Shown one piece after another: positions 1-12,546 of a stretch of 64,000 nucleotides of DNA. Under the pieces are notes generated by a model, which saw only the letters and a list, made by a program, of their open reading frames with translations, ran no database searches and was not told the origin of the DNA. This DNA is from Polyangiales bacterium (GTDB lineage: Bacteria > Myxococcota_A > Polyangia > Polyangiales > Polyangiaceae), in assembly GCA_038230375.1 (NCBI GenBank), contig JBBRNJ010000015.1, positions 59,665 to 123,664 on the forward strand, given 5' to 3'. Made by a program: the position numbers and the translations under genes. Position 1 is the stretch's first letter; every line of letters begins with the position of its first letter.

Positions 1-933
1 GACCTTGGCGCCGGGCTCGTAGAAGGTCAGGTCCACGTTCCCGATGGTGGCGTCCAGGATCGCAGCGGGCGGCCGGGCGCACGTGCCCTGCTGGTCCGTC
101 GGGTAGTAGGCGGCGCCCATGGTGCAGGCCGCGTCCGAGAAGAAGTTCTCCAGAAAGGCCACGCGCGTGGGCACGCAGTAGTAGCTGCCGGCCTTGTTCG
201 CGAGCGACCAGCACGCGTCACCCTTGCGACCAAGGTCGATGAGCGTTCCATCCTGCCGCGACTGATCGTCGCCCACCCACTGGATGGCGGACACGGTGGT
301 TCCCCGCGGGTCCGTGACGTCGGTCTCTGCGACGAACGAGCTGGGCAGGACCTTCGCGCCGAGGTGCGAGTACGTTGTGTTCGGGTCGACGGTCGATGGG
401 TTGCAGAGTCCGTCCACGCCCTTCGTGTAGACGGCCGCGGGCACGTACGTGGCGCCGATCGCGTAGAAATCGCGGGCCTTCCCGCACGTGAACGGACCGT
501 ACGGCTCGGGGACGTATTTCACCGTGGCCACGAGCGAGTTCGCGACCGCGGCCGCTGCGTTCATGCATGCCGCGTCGTCGTAGACGGAGCCGCCGTTGAT
601 CGGAAGGCAGCGCGTCATGCTGTCCGCCGCCAGGTCGTAGCTGCAGTCCACGTCGAGGGCCTTGTCGTGCCAGCCGATGAAGAGCTTCGCGCTGTCAGCC
701 ACGTCGAGGATCGCGCGGAGGCGTGTGCCGGACGTCCACGCGAGCCCGTTCGGCGCGTTGCCGCTGTCCTTGTTGTTGCCGCTGTCCTTGTTGTTGCCGC
801 TGTCCGCGCTGGACGCGTCGGCCCCGCCCTCCGCGAGCCCGCCGTCCCCGCCGCCGTTGCCGGACGATGAGGAGCAGGCTGCGAACGTGACGACCGTGCC
901 GACAGTGAGGGTGAGGATGAACGCGCGATCCAT
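1..933 (-). CDS. Cys-containing repeat lipoprotein, 3'-partial (not in the ORF track because it runs off the window)
   Basis: Open frame from ATG 933 to the window edge. Lipobox MDRAFILTLTVGTVVTFAAC, a DSGNNK repeat linker, then repeated modules (RCLP..YDDAAC..LGAKV / YCVP..FSDAAC..PGAKV). Confidence 0.8.
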   Translation of the reverse strand, partial: MDRAFILTLTVGTVVTFAACSSSSGNGGGDGGLAEGGADASSADSGNNKDSGNNKDSGNAPNGLAWTSGTRLRAILDVADSAKLFIGWHDKALDVDCSYDLAADSMTRCLPINGGSVYDDAACMNAAAAVANSLVATVKYVPEPYGPFTCGKARDFYAIGATYVPAAVYTKGVDGLCNPSTVDPNTTYSHLGAKVLPSSFVAETDVTDPRGTTVSAIQWVGDDQSRQDGTLIDLGRKGDACWSLANKAGSYYCVPTRVAFLENFFSDAACTMGAAYYPTDQQGTCARPPAAILDATIGNVDLTFYEPGAKV

Positions 934-997
934 GGCGCCGGACTCTAGCAAGTGAGTGAGCCTTGTGCACGGCTCGCCGGCGTGGTCTACGCAGGTG

Positions 998-1723
998 ATG
1001 CAGCACAGACGGCCGCAGAAACCGGAGCTCCGCCTCCAGCCGACCACGCTCTGGGAGTACCCCTCCCAGCACTACGGCGAAGCCATGCAGGGCGACTCCA
1101 AGTACGTCGGCGCGACGCCTTCGTACATCGTGTGGAACATGGTCCAGCGCTACACGAAGCCGGGCGAGCTCATCGTCGACCCGTTCTGCGGCTCGGGCAC
1201 CACGCTCGACGTCGCGAAGGACACGGGGCGCAAGGCGCGCGGGTTCGACCTTGCGCCGGCGCGACCAGACGTCGAGAAGGGCGACGCACGCAGCCTGCCG
1301 CTCGAGAAGAACACCGTGAACCTGGTGTTCATGGATCCGCCGTATGGCGATCACATCGACTACTCGACCGACCCCGCGTGCATCGGCAAGCTGTCCGCCT
1401 ATCAGCCACAGTACTTCCGGGCGATGCACCGCGCGTTCAAGGAGGCACACCGCGTGCTCGTCCCGGGCGGCATCCTCGCGCTCTACGTGTGCGACTACTT
1501 CGAGAAGAAGAAGGGCTTCGCCCCGGTGGGATTCCAGCTGTTCTTGAGCATGGTGGAGATGTTCACGCCGAAGGACATCATCTCCGTGGTCCGCCACAAC
1601 AAGAAGCTCGAGCAGGGAAATTTCAGAAAAGCGGCGGAGGAGGGGAACTTCTTCCTGCGAGGATTCAACTACCTCATGGTTGTGGAAAAGCCGCAGCCAG
1701 GCGAACGGGAGCGTCGCGCTTGA
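998..1723 (+). CDS. Orphan SAM-dependent amino-methyltransferase (N4-C/N6-A DNA methylase or TRM11-like)
   Basis: DPFCGSGTT SAM-binding motif and MDPPY catalytic motif. Start moved to ATG 998 (track start 956). Confidence 0.8.
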   Translation: MQHRRPQKPELRLQPTTLWEYPSQHYGEAMQGDSKYVGATPSYIVWNMVQRYTKPGELIVDPFCGSGTTLDVAKDTGRKARGFDLAPARPDVEKGDARSLPLEKNTVNLVFMDPPYGDHIDYSTDPACIGKLSAYQPQYFRAMHRAFKEAHRVLVPGGILALYVCDYFEKKKGFAPVGFQLFLSMVEMFTPKDIISVVRHNKKLEQGNFRKAAEEGNFFLRGFNYLMVVEKPQPGERERRA

Positions 1724-1784
1724 CCAGCGCGCCCTCGGTTCACGAGCCCCGTCCATCCCAAGGATGGGCGCTCGCACGGGTTCC

Positions 1785-2606
1785 ATGCTGGTGAGACGCC
1801 GAATTCGGGGGGCTTTTCTCGGTGCGCTTGGTGCGGGCCTGACGCTCGTCGCGTGCGCGGGCACGGCCGGCGGGCCTCCTGCCCGTGAGGTCGTCCCTGC
1901 GGAGATCGTGACCGTGGCACCCGCCCCGCCGAAGGACGAGGAGCCGCGTCCCGCGCCCATCGCGAAGAAGCCCATCACCGCAGAGCCGGTCGTACCGGAC
2001 GAGTCGATGTTCCCCGCCGCGTGGCGCTCGCCGCGGCCGACCACGTCCTTCGCGGACGAAGTGACGATCGCGCGCGCGCTGCGGACGCAGGTGCGGTCGA
2101 TGTCGCGAGCGTCGCGTTACGCGCGGCTCAATGGCGATGCGGGGATCGACAATGCCTCGCTCGCGTGGCTGTCGAAGCTGCTCGAGCTGCGTGAGCGGGC
2201 GGACCGCGCGTATGCGAGCGCGTGGATCGCGCAGGACGCCACGCCCGAGGGCAAGGTCGAGGTGCTCTCCGAAGCAACCACGCTGGCCCAGGAGCTCCGC
2301 GCGACGCTGGAGAGCGCGGGCTACCAGGAGATCCCCGCGGCCTGGAAGGCGGATCCCATGCTGCACGCCACATTCGAGGACATCGCCCACGGCCCCGTGC
2401 GCCGCCTGGGCGAAGAATCACGCGCGCTCGCATTCTTCTGCGTGGCGTCGGCAGATCGCGATCACGTGAGAGGACGCGCCGCGGACAGCTGCAGGCGAGC
2501 GGCGGGACCAACGCCCGCGGCACCGGAGAAGGCGAGCGGCGAGGACAAGGGCTGCGCGTGCGCGAAGGGGGATCCGCTGTGCACGACGAGTGACTGGTGC
2601 AAGTAG
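1785..2606 (+). CDS. Hypothetical lipoprotein with C-terminal CACAKGDPLC motif
   Basis: Lipobox LTLVAC, Pro-rich linker and helical body. Start uncertain (1764 or 1785). Confidence 0.7.
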   Translation: MLVRRRIRGAFLGALGAGLTLVACAGTAGGPPAREVVPAEIVTVAPAPPKDEEPRPAPIAKKPITAEPVVPDESMFPAAWRSPRPTTSFADEVTIARALRTQVRSMSRASRYARLNGDAGIDNASLAWLSKLLELRERADRAYASAWIAQDATPEGKVEVLSEATTLAQELRATLESAGYQEIPAAWKADPMLHATFEDIAHGPVRRLGEESRALAFFCVASADRDHVRGRAADSCRRAAGPTPAAPEKASGEDKGCACAKGDPLCTTSDWCK

Positions 2607-2619
2607 CGGCGTAGAGGAC

Positions 2620-2688
2620 TCGACCTCGACCTCGACCTCGACCTCGACCTCGACCTCGACTTCGACCTCGACCCCAACCTCGACCTCG
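2620..2688 (+). repeat. (TCGACC)n hexamer tract, about 11 units, intergenic
   Basis: Directly visible between stop 2606 and ATG 2707. Confidence 0.95.
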
Positions 2689-2706
2689 TGCTCTTTTGCG
2701 TGGATC

Positions 2707-3501
2707 ATGTCGAAGCGCTCGTACCAGCCGCCGCGGAAGGAACCTCGCGGCGCCACCCCAGCTGGCCGTGGCGGTGAGGAGCTCGTGTATGGGCTTCGGG
2801 CTTCGCTTGCGGTGCTCACGGTGCGTCCAAAGGACATTCTTCGTGTCGCGGCGAGCCCTGCATTGCGCACGGAGCTCACGGCGCTGTCCGCGTGGGCTTC
2901 GCGAATGGGTGTATCTTACACGGAGATGGATGACCGGGCGCTGTCGCGTGCCGCAGACTCGGAGCATCACGAGGGTGTCTGTCTGGAGACGCGACCGCGC
3001 ACGTGGACCACCCCGGCGGCGCTGCTAGATCTGCTGCTCTCCACCAAGGGATGCGCGCTCGCGCTCGACCGCGTCAGGAATCCGTACAACACCGGCGCGA
3101 TCCTCCGCACAGCGGGTTTCTTCGGCCTTCCCGCGGTGCTGCTCGGCGCGCAGGCGCCTCACCCCGCGCTCTCGCCGCAGGCGGTGCGTGTCGCAGAGGG
3201 TGGCGCAGAGCATCTGCGGCTGTGTCGCACGACGGATCTGGGCGACACGCTCTCGCGCCTGCGAGCCCGTGGGGTACGTGTGCTCGGCGCCGACGGCGGT
3301 GTCCGCGACGACGTGCGAAAGAAGGACCTGTCAGGTCCGCTGGTCATCGTGATGGGCAACGAGCGCGAGGGCCTGTTGCCCCGAGTCCGCGAGCAGTGCG
3401 ACGGCATCGTCTCACTCGTAGGAACGGGCGCCGTCGAGTCCCTGAACGTCTCGATAGCCGCAAGCCTCCTCATCCAGCAGGCGCTGAATCATGCCCGCTG
3501 A
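2707..3501 (+). CDS. TrmH/SpoU-family RNA methyltransferase
   Basis: LDRVRNPYNTGAILRTA, VMGNEREGL and ESLNVSIAA SPOUT motifs. Start set at MSKRSY, after the repeat tract. Confidence 0.9.
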   Translation: MSKRSYQPPRKEPRGATPAGRGGEELVYGLRASLAVLTVRPKDILRVAASPALRTELTALSAWASRMGVSYTEMDDRALSRAADSEHHEGVCLETRPRTWTTPAALLDLLLSTKGCALALDRVRNPYNTGAILRTAGFFGLPAVLLGAQAPHPALSPQAVRVAEGGAEHLRLCRTTDLGDTLSRLRARGVRVLGADGGVRDDVRKKDLSGPLVIVMGNEREGLLPRVREQCDGIVSLVGTGAVESLNVSIAASLLIQQALNHAR

Positions 3502-5148
<1,647 letters not shown>

Positions 5149-5158
5149 TACGCCAAGC

Positions 5159-6073
5159 TTACGGCGCCTTGGCGATATCGTTCAAGTCGGCAGCGTACGC
5201 ATACAAGAAGAACAGGAAGTAGATAAAGAAGTTGCGGGGCGGGGTCTGGATGCCGCGCATCTGCTTGGCCTTGGCCATCTCCTGCGGAACCGCGACCCAC
5301 ATCCAGTAGTAGTTGTAGCAGGGGATGAAGATCGGCCACCAGGCGAAGCCGGGGTTGCCGGTGACGGCCTTGAGCTCGTTCGTCATCTTCACGATGTTGA
5401 TGATCGTGATGACGAGACCGACGAGCGAGATGAGCGAGCCGAGGCCGCTCATGATCGAGGCCATCGTGTCGCCGATCGCAGCGCCGACGCTGCCGAGGAT
5501 CGACGGGACGATCGAGCAGAGCACGATCGGGATGAGGAGGATCAGGTACGGGTTACGAACGGAGGGACGACCACCGCCGCCCTGGCCGCCGCCGAAGCCC
5601 ATGCCCTGCATGGCTCCACCCATCGCGCCGCCCATCTGACCGAACTGGCCGCCGGGCTGACCGAACTGACCGGGCTGCTGACCATAGCCGGGCTGTCCGC
5701 CGAAGCCACCCGCGGGGGGAGCTCCGCCGGGCTGCTGGCCGTAGCCGGGCTGTGCGCCGGGCTGACCGTAGCCAGGCTGTGCACCAGGCTGCTGACCAGG
5801 CTGGCCGTAGCCAGGCTGTGCACCAGGCTGCTGACCAGGCTGACCGTAGCCGGGCTGTGCGCCGGGCTGCTGACCGGGCTGACCGTAGCCAGGCTGTGCA
5901 GCGGGCGCGGGCTGACCGTAGCCAGGCTGCTGCGGCTGCTGCGGCTGACCGTAGCCAGGCTGCTGCGGCTGTTGCTGTTGCGGTTGCCCATAGCCAGGCT
6001 GCTGACCGGGTTGGCCAGGCTGACCGTAGGGATAACCAGGGGGGTAACCGTTTCCACCGGGGGGCTGATTCAT
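5159..6073 (-). CDS. Membrane protein with Gln/Pro/Gly/Tyr low-complexity N-terminus and DUF4234-like TM domain
   Basis: Many QPGYGQP repeats followed by hydrophobic helices and [13 protein letters not shown]. Confidence 0.8.
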   Translation of the reverse strand: MNQPPGGNGYPPGYPYGQPGQPGQQPGYGQPQQQQPQQPGYGQPQQPQQPGYGQPAPAAQPGYGQPGQQPGAQPGYGQPGQQPGAQPGYGQPGQQPGAQPGYGQPGAQPGYGQQPGGAPPAGGFGGQPGYGQQPGQFGQPGGQFGQMGGAMGGAMQGMGFGGGQGGGGRPSVRNPYLILLIPIVLCSIVPSILGSVGAAIGDTMASIMSGLGSLISLVGLVITIINIVKMTNELKAVTGNPGFAWWPIFIPCYNYYWMWVAVPQEMAKAKQMRGIQTPPRNFFIYFLFFLYAYAADLNDIAKAP

Positions 6074-6229
6074 GGTTGCCGGATGATACCTTCGCTGCGC
6101 GCTTTGTCATCAATTTCCAGGGGCGATCGGGCGGTGATTTTATCGCCGCGTCGAAGGACCGCTGGAACACCGGAAAAGACGCCGCAAGGCAGCGATGCAA
6201 GGGGAAAGAAGAGTGGGTTCAGCGTTTCG

Positions 6230-8179
6230 TCAGAACCCGCACTTGTGGCCCTTGTTCTGGGTTTGTAGCCATGCTCGCAGCGGGGCGAAGTACTCGAGCA
6301 TGGCGCCTGCGTCGGCGTGATCTTCGCCGCCGACCGCCAGCAGCGCCTCGGGCCACGGGCGACTTGCTCCGAGCGCGAGCATCTTCGAGAGCTTCGTGCC
6401 TGCCTCCTTCGAGTCGTAGATGCTGCACTCGTTGAGCGGTCCCTTGTTGCCCGCGGCCTTGCACAGCGCCCGATGGAACTGGAACTGATAGATGCGCGCG
6501 AGGAAATAGCGGATGTACGGCACGCTCGCGGGCACATGGTACTTCGCCGCGGGATCGAAGTCCGCTTCGGTCCGCGCGACCGGCGGCGCGACGCCCTGGT
6601 ACTTCTTGCGAAGCGCCCACCACGACTCCTCGTACTTCGCCTTCGGCGTCTTGCCGTTCATCACGTCCCAGCGCCACTTGTCGATCAGCAGGCCGAACGG
6701 AAGGAACGCGACCTTGTCGAGCGCCATCTTCATCTGCACGTTGATGACGGCCTTGTCGCCCTTCGGCACGTTGTCGAGCAGGCCCTTGCTCTTCAGATAC
6801 GTGGGCGTCACGGACAGCGCGAGCGTGTCGCCGATGCCCTCGTGGAAGCCGTCGTTCGCGCCCGCCTGGAAGAGGATGGGAAGCTTGTAGTATGCATGGA
6901 AGTAGTAGTCGTGCCCGAGCTCGTGGTGGATCGTGACCAGATCCTCCTCCGTGGGCTCGATGCACATCTTGATGCGGAGATCGTTGTTCCACGTGGGGTC
7001 CCACGCCGAAGCGTGACAGACCACGTCGCGGTCCTTGGGCCGCGTGAACAGCGAGCGCTCCCAGAACGAAGCGGGGAGCGGATCCATGCCGAGCGACGTG
7101 AAGAACGACTCGCCGAGCCGCACCATCTCCTTCGGGTCCTTGCCGTACTTGCTCGCCTTGATCTTCGCGTCGACGTCGAGCGACCCCTGCCCCGGATACG
7201 GCTCGACCAGGTCGTAGATGTTTTGCCACTCTTGCGCCCACATGTTGCCGAGCAGCTGGGCCGGGATGAGGCCGTCCTCCTTGAACTTGTCCTTGCCGTA
7301 CTTCGTCTCGAGCTTGCCGCGCACGTAGCATTGCAGGTCGTCGTAGAGCGGCTTCACGTCCTTCCAGAGGCGCTCGATGTCGGCCTCGAAGGCCTCGGGC
7401 GGCATGTCGTAGCCGGAGCGCCAGAGCGCGCCCAGATCGCTGAAGCCGATCTCCTTCGCGCCCTTGTTGCCGAGCTCCACGTAGCGCGAGAACTTGTCCT
7501 TCATCGCGGGCGCGATGGCGTGCCAGCCGACCCACGCCTCCGTGAGCTCGTCGTAGCTCTTGCTCGATCGGAGCACGCGGGAGAGGTCGTCGAGCGTGAG
7601 GCACTCCTTGGGCTTGCCGTCCTTGCTCTTCATGTACACGCCGAGCTTGGTCGTCTTCGGCGGACAGTACTTGCCCTTGCCGTAGCTCGAGTCCATCGAC
7701 GCCTCGATGTCGGCCAGCTCCTTGCGCTCGGCGTCATCGGAGGGCGCGGGCACGGTCTGCGCCAGCTTGAGCAGGATGAACTTGCGGCGCAGCTCCGGAT
7801 CCAGCGTGAGCGCGTCGAAGCGCGTCGCGCTCTTGATCGCGCGCGTGATGTACGCCGCGGTCTCTTCTTCGCCGGTCGCGGAGAGCGCCTCGGTGTCGTC
7901 GGTGATGTAGTTCTGGCGGACCCAGGCTGCCTGATCGCGCGCGACCCAGAGGTGGCGCAGATCCTTCTCCGTCTTCTCCATGAAGGCCTTCGCCTCTTCG
8001 GGAGTCGCGGGCAGGACGTCCTTGGGCTCCGCATTGACGACCACTGGAGGCGGCGGAGGCGGAGGCAGCGGGGTGACCTTTGGACACTCTGCTGGGAGTG
8101 TGTCCCCACCGCCGCAAGCGGCAGCCAGGAGGATGAACGTCGCGAAGGAGCCAAGGGAGACGGCGCGAGCGAGCTTCAT
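6230..8179 (-). CDS. M2-family peptidyl-dipeptidase A (ACE-like) lipoprotein
   Basis: HHELGH Zn motif, [25 protein letters not shown] and lipobox LAAAC. Confidence 0.93.
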   Translation of the reverse strand: MKLARAVSLGSFATFILLAAACGGGDTLPAECPKVTPLPPPPPPPVVVNAEPKDVLPATPEEAKAFMEKTEKDLRHLWVARDQAAWVRQNYITDDTEALSATGEEETAAYITRAIKSATRFDALTLDPELRRKFILLKLAQTVPAPSDDAERKELADIEASMDSSYGKGKYCPPKTTKLGVYMKSKDGKPKECLTLDDLSRVLRSSKSYDELTEAWVGWHAIAPAMKDKFSRYVELGNKGAKEIGFSDLGALWRSGYDMPPEAFEADIERLWKDVKPLYDDLQCYVRGKLETKYGKDKFKEDGLIPAQLLGNMWAQEWQNIYDLVEPYPGQGSLDVDAKIKASKYGKDPKEMVRLGESFFTSLGMDPLPASFWERSLFTRPKDRDVVCHASAWDPTWNNDLRIKMCIEPTEEDLVTIHHELGHDYYFHAYYKLPILFQAGANDGFHEGIGDTLALSVTPTYLKSKGLLDNVPKGDKAVINVQMKMALDKVAFLPFGLLIDKWRWDVMNGKTPKAKYEESWWALRKKYQGVAPPVARTEADFDPAAKYHVPASVPYIRYFLARIYQFQFHRALCKAAGNKGPLNECSIYDSKEAGTKLSKMLALGASRPWPEALLAVGGEDHADAGAMLEYFAPLRAWLQTQNKGHKCGF

Positions 8180-8261
8180 GAGCCGGGTGTTTTACCAGAT
8201 GATTTTGGCTGCGTCTCCGATCCCGTGCACGAGCACGGGCGCGGCACGGGCGCGGACAGAG

Positions 8262-9151
8262 TCACTGTTGGCGGAGCCAGCTCCAGATCAGATCGATGTA
8301 TTCTTCACGTATCGTGTGGTTCGCTCCTTTTGGCCAAGCGGCGTTCTCGTATTTGTCTTCGCAGAAGGTCACCCTGGTCTTGCAGTGGCGGTAGTCCACG
8401 CAGCCGTGGGCGGCGTCCGTGACGTCGGTTGCGGTGGGTCCTTCGCAGCCGTCGATTCGGGCCCACGTGTCGGCGGCGGTCCTGCCCCACTGCAGGAGCT
8501 CGTCGGGGTCGGTCGTTCGATGCGTGACGAGCACGGGTAGTGGCTTGCAGGCGCTCTCGTTTGCGTTGCCCCAGCTCGCTTCGCTGGAGCTCACGGCCCT
8601 GAGCACGCCGGGCCTCTTGCAGGCGAGCGAGTTGATGAACTTGCCGCCATAGCTGAAGCCCATGGCGTACATGCGCGAGACGTCCACGCAGAAGCCCTGC
8701 GCGACCGCGCTCCTCACCTCGTCGAACGCCGTGATGTCCCTGTCGCCTGCGAGCTCCCACGCAACGCCGTACGAAGTCTTGCGCGCGTCCGGATAGACGA
8801 CGATCGCCTCGCCCATGACGTGGTCCTGGATCTTGAACCGCTGCGCGAGCTCGCCACCGTTCGAGTCGATGCCGTGGAACGCGAACAGCACGGGATACGC
8901 GGTGCCTGGGTCGTAGACCTTTGGCGGATGCACACGAAACGTCCGCCCGCCATTCGTCGCCACCAGCACGCCCGCGGCCACGGGGGCGGGCTTGCCGCAA
9001 CCGGGCGAACGCAGCGCTCCGCCATCCAGCGCACGCGAGAGCGAGAGCGCCGCCGGGTCTGCGGGTGGAAGCACGCTCTTCGGCTTGTCCTTGTCCGTGC
9101 ACGCCGGGAGAAGCGTGACCAGCGCGAGCAGCGCCGCAGCGCGCTCCGATC

Positions 9152-9155
<4 letters not shown>
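8262..9155 (-). CDS. LpqP/PHB-depolymerase-like esterase lipoprotein
   Basis: YPVLFAFHG, GFSYGG nucleophile elbow and lipobox LLPAC. ATG 9155 overlaps the upstream stop (ATGA). Confidence 0.8.
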
Positions 9156-11320
<2,165 letters not shown>

Positions 11321-11334
11321 GACCCTGGATGGTA

Positions 11335-12546
11335 TCAGAGTTCGCCGAGCGCGCGCTCGAGCGCGGAGAGGCCCAGAAGGAGGTCGGCTTCTGGCACGCT
11401 GGAGAAGCAGATCCGCGCGTACGTCTGGAATGCCTCGCCGAAGCTCTCCCCTGGCGCGAGCAGGACGCCCTGATCGACAGCGCGAGAAAGGAGAAAGGAC
11501 AGCGGGCGATCGCCCAGCCGCTCCGCGAAGTCGCAGAACACGTACGTGGCGCCGTCCGGCGCGTGAAACCGCACGCCGGGGAGCCGTGCGAGCGCAGCAC
11601 ACGTGGTCTTTTGCGCCGACGTGTATGCCGCGAGCGCGCTTGCGAGAAACGCGGGCCCTGCGCGCAACGCCGCGAGGGCGGCGCGCTGCGAGGCGATGGG
11701 CACGTTGAAGACGGTATGCACCGACATGCGACGCGCCGCCGCGACGATCTCGGTGCTGGCCGCAATGTAGCCAACGCGTGCGCCCGCGAGCGCGTGGCTC
11801 TTCGAGAACGAGTAGACGAGCGCCGAGCGCGACATGGCGCCCGGCAGCGAACCGAACGACACGGGGCGCTCGGTGTAGGAGATGTCCGCGTAGACCTCGT
11901 CCGCGAACACGAACAGGTCGTGCTCCTCCGCGAAGGCCAGGATCACCTCGAGGTCGTGCTTGCCAAGGATCTTCCCGTCCGGGTTGTTCGGCGACACGAA
12001 GTAGATGGCGCGCGTCCGCGGCGTCCGCACCGCCTCGAGCATGGCGCGCAGATCGAGCCCCGGCTCGGTGTATGCGCGCTGCGAAACGGGGAGCTCCACC
12101 ACGACGGCTCCGACGGACGTGAAGATGCCGTGCGCGAGCGGCCAGTACGGAGCAAACGCGATGACCTCGTCGCCCGGATCGAGCACCGCCTTGGCCACGC
12201 AGAAGAGCGCATGCGTGCCGCCCGCGCCAAGGAGCACGTGGTCGGGGGAAAGCCCTGGAACGCCGCGCGCGACGCCGAGCTGCGACCCGAGCTCCGCGCG
12301 CAGCTCGAGCTGACCCGCGGTCGCTCCGTACCGATACATGTGATCTACATCCAACTCCGTGGCCAGCGACGCGTGGCGCGCGGCTGCCGGCGGGGAGAGG
12401 TGCGTGTCACCGATGTGAAGGCCCACCAGCGGCTTGTGCGCCTGCACGCGCTCGTCGACCTTCTTCTGGAGCTCGGCGAAGACGCCTGGCCGCACCTTCG
12501 CGGCCGCCGCGGACAGTCGTCCTCGCTGGGGGCGCAAGGGGCTCAC
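11335..12546 (-). CDS. PLP-dependent class I/II aminotransferase
   Basis: SPNNPDG, ADEVY and SFSKSHALAGARVG (PLP lysine). GTG 12546 overlaps the upstream stop. Confidence 0.88.
   Translation of the reverse strand: MSPLRPQRGRLSAAAAKVRPGVFAELQKKVDERVQAHKPLVGLHIGDTHLSPPAAARHASLATELDVDHMYRYGATAGQLELRAELGSQLGVARGVPGLSPDHVLLGAGGTHALFCVAKAVLDPGDEVIAFAPYWPLAHGIFTSVGAVVVELPVSQRAYTEPGLDLRAMLEAVRTPRTRAIYFVSPNNPDGKILGKHDLEVILAFAEEHDLFVFADEVYADISYTERPVSFGSLPGAMSRSALVYSFSKSHALAGARVGYIAASTEIVAAARRMSVHTVFNVPIASQRAALAALRAGPAFLASALAAYTSAQKTTCAALARLPGVRFHAPDGATYVFCDFAERLGDRPLSFLLSRAVDQGVLLAPGESFGEAFQTYARICFSSVPEADLLLGLSALERALGEL

Noticed and set aside
998..2688. Methyltransferase targeting the nearby TCGA-rich tract
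   Set aside because: Specificity cannot be read from the sequence, and TCGA is common throughout the window.
2590..2706. N-terminal (ST)n extension of the TrmH protein
   Set aside because: The frame is open only because of the hexamer tract and overlaps the upstream gene; ATG 2707 is more plausible.
6317..8422. Long antisense or alternate-frame ORFs (also 13095-15083, 15787-18000, 22558-24411, 57779-59605)
   Set aside because: Shadow ORFs caused by high-GC codon bias opposite well-supported genes, with no recognisable motifs.
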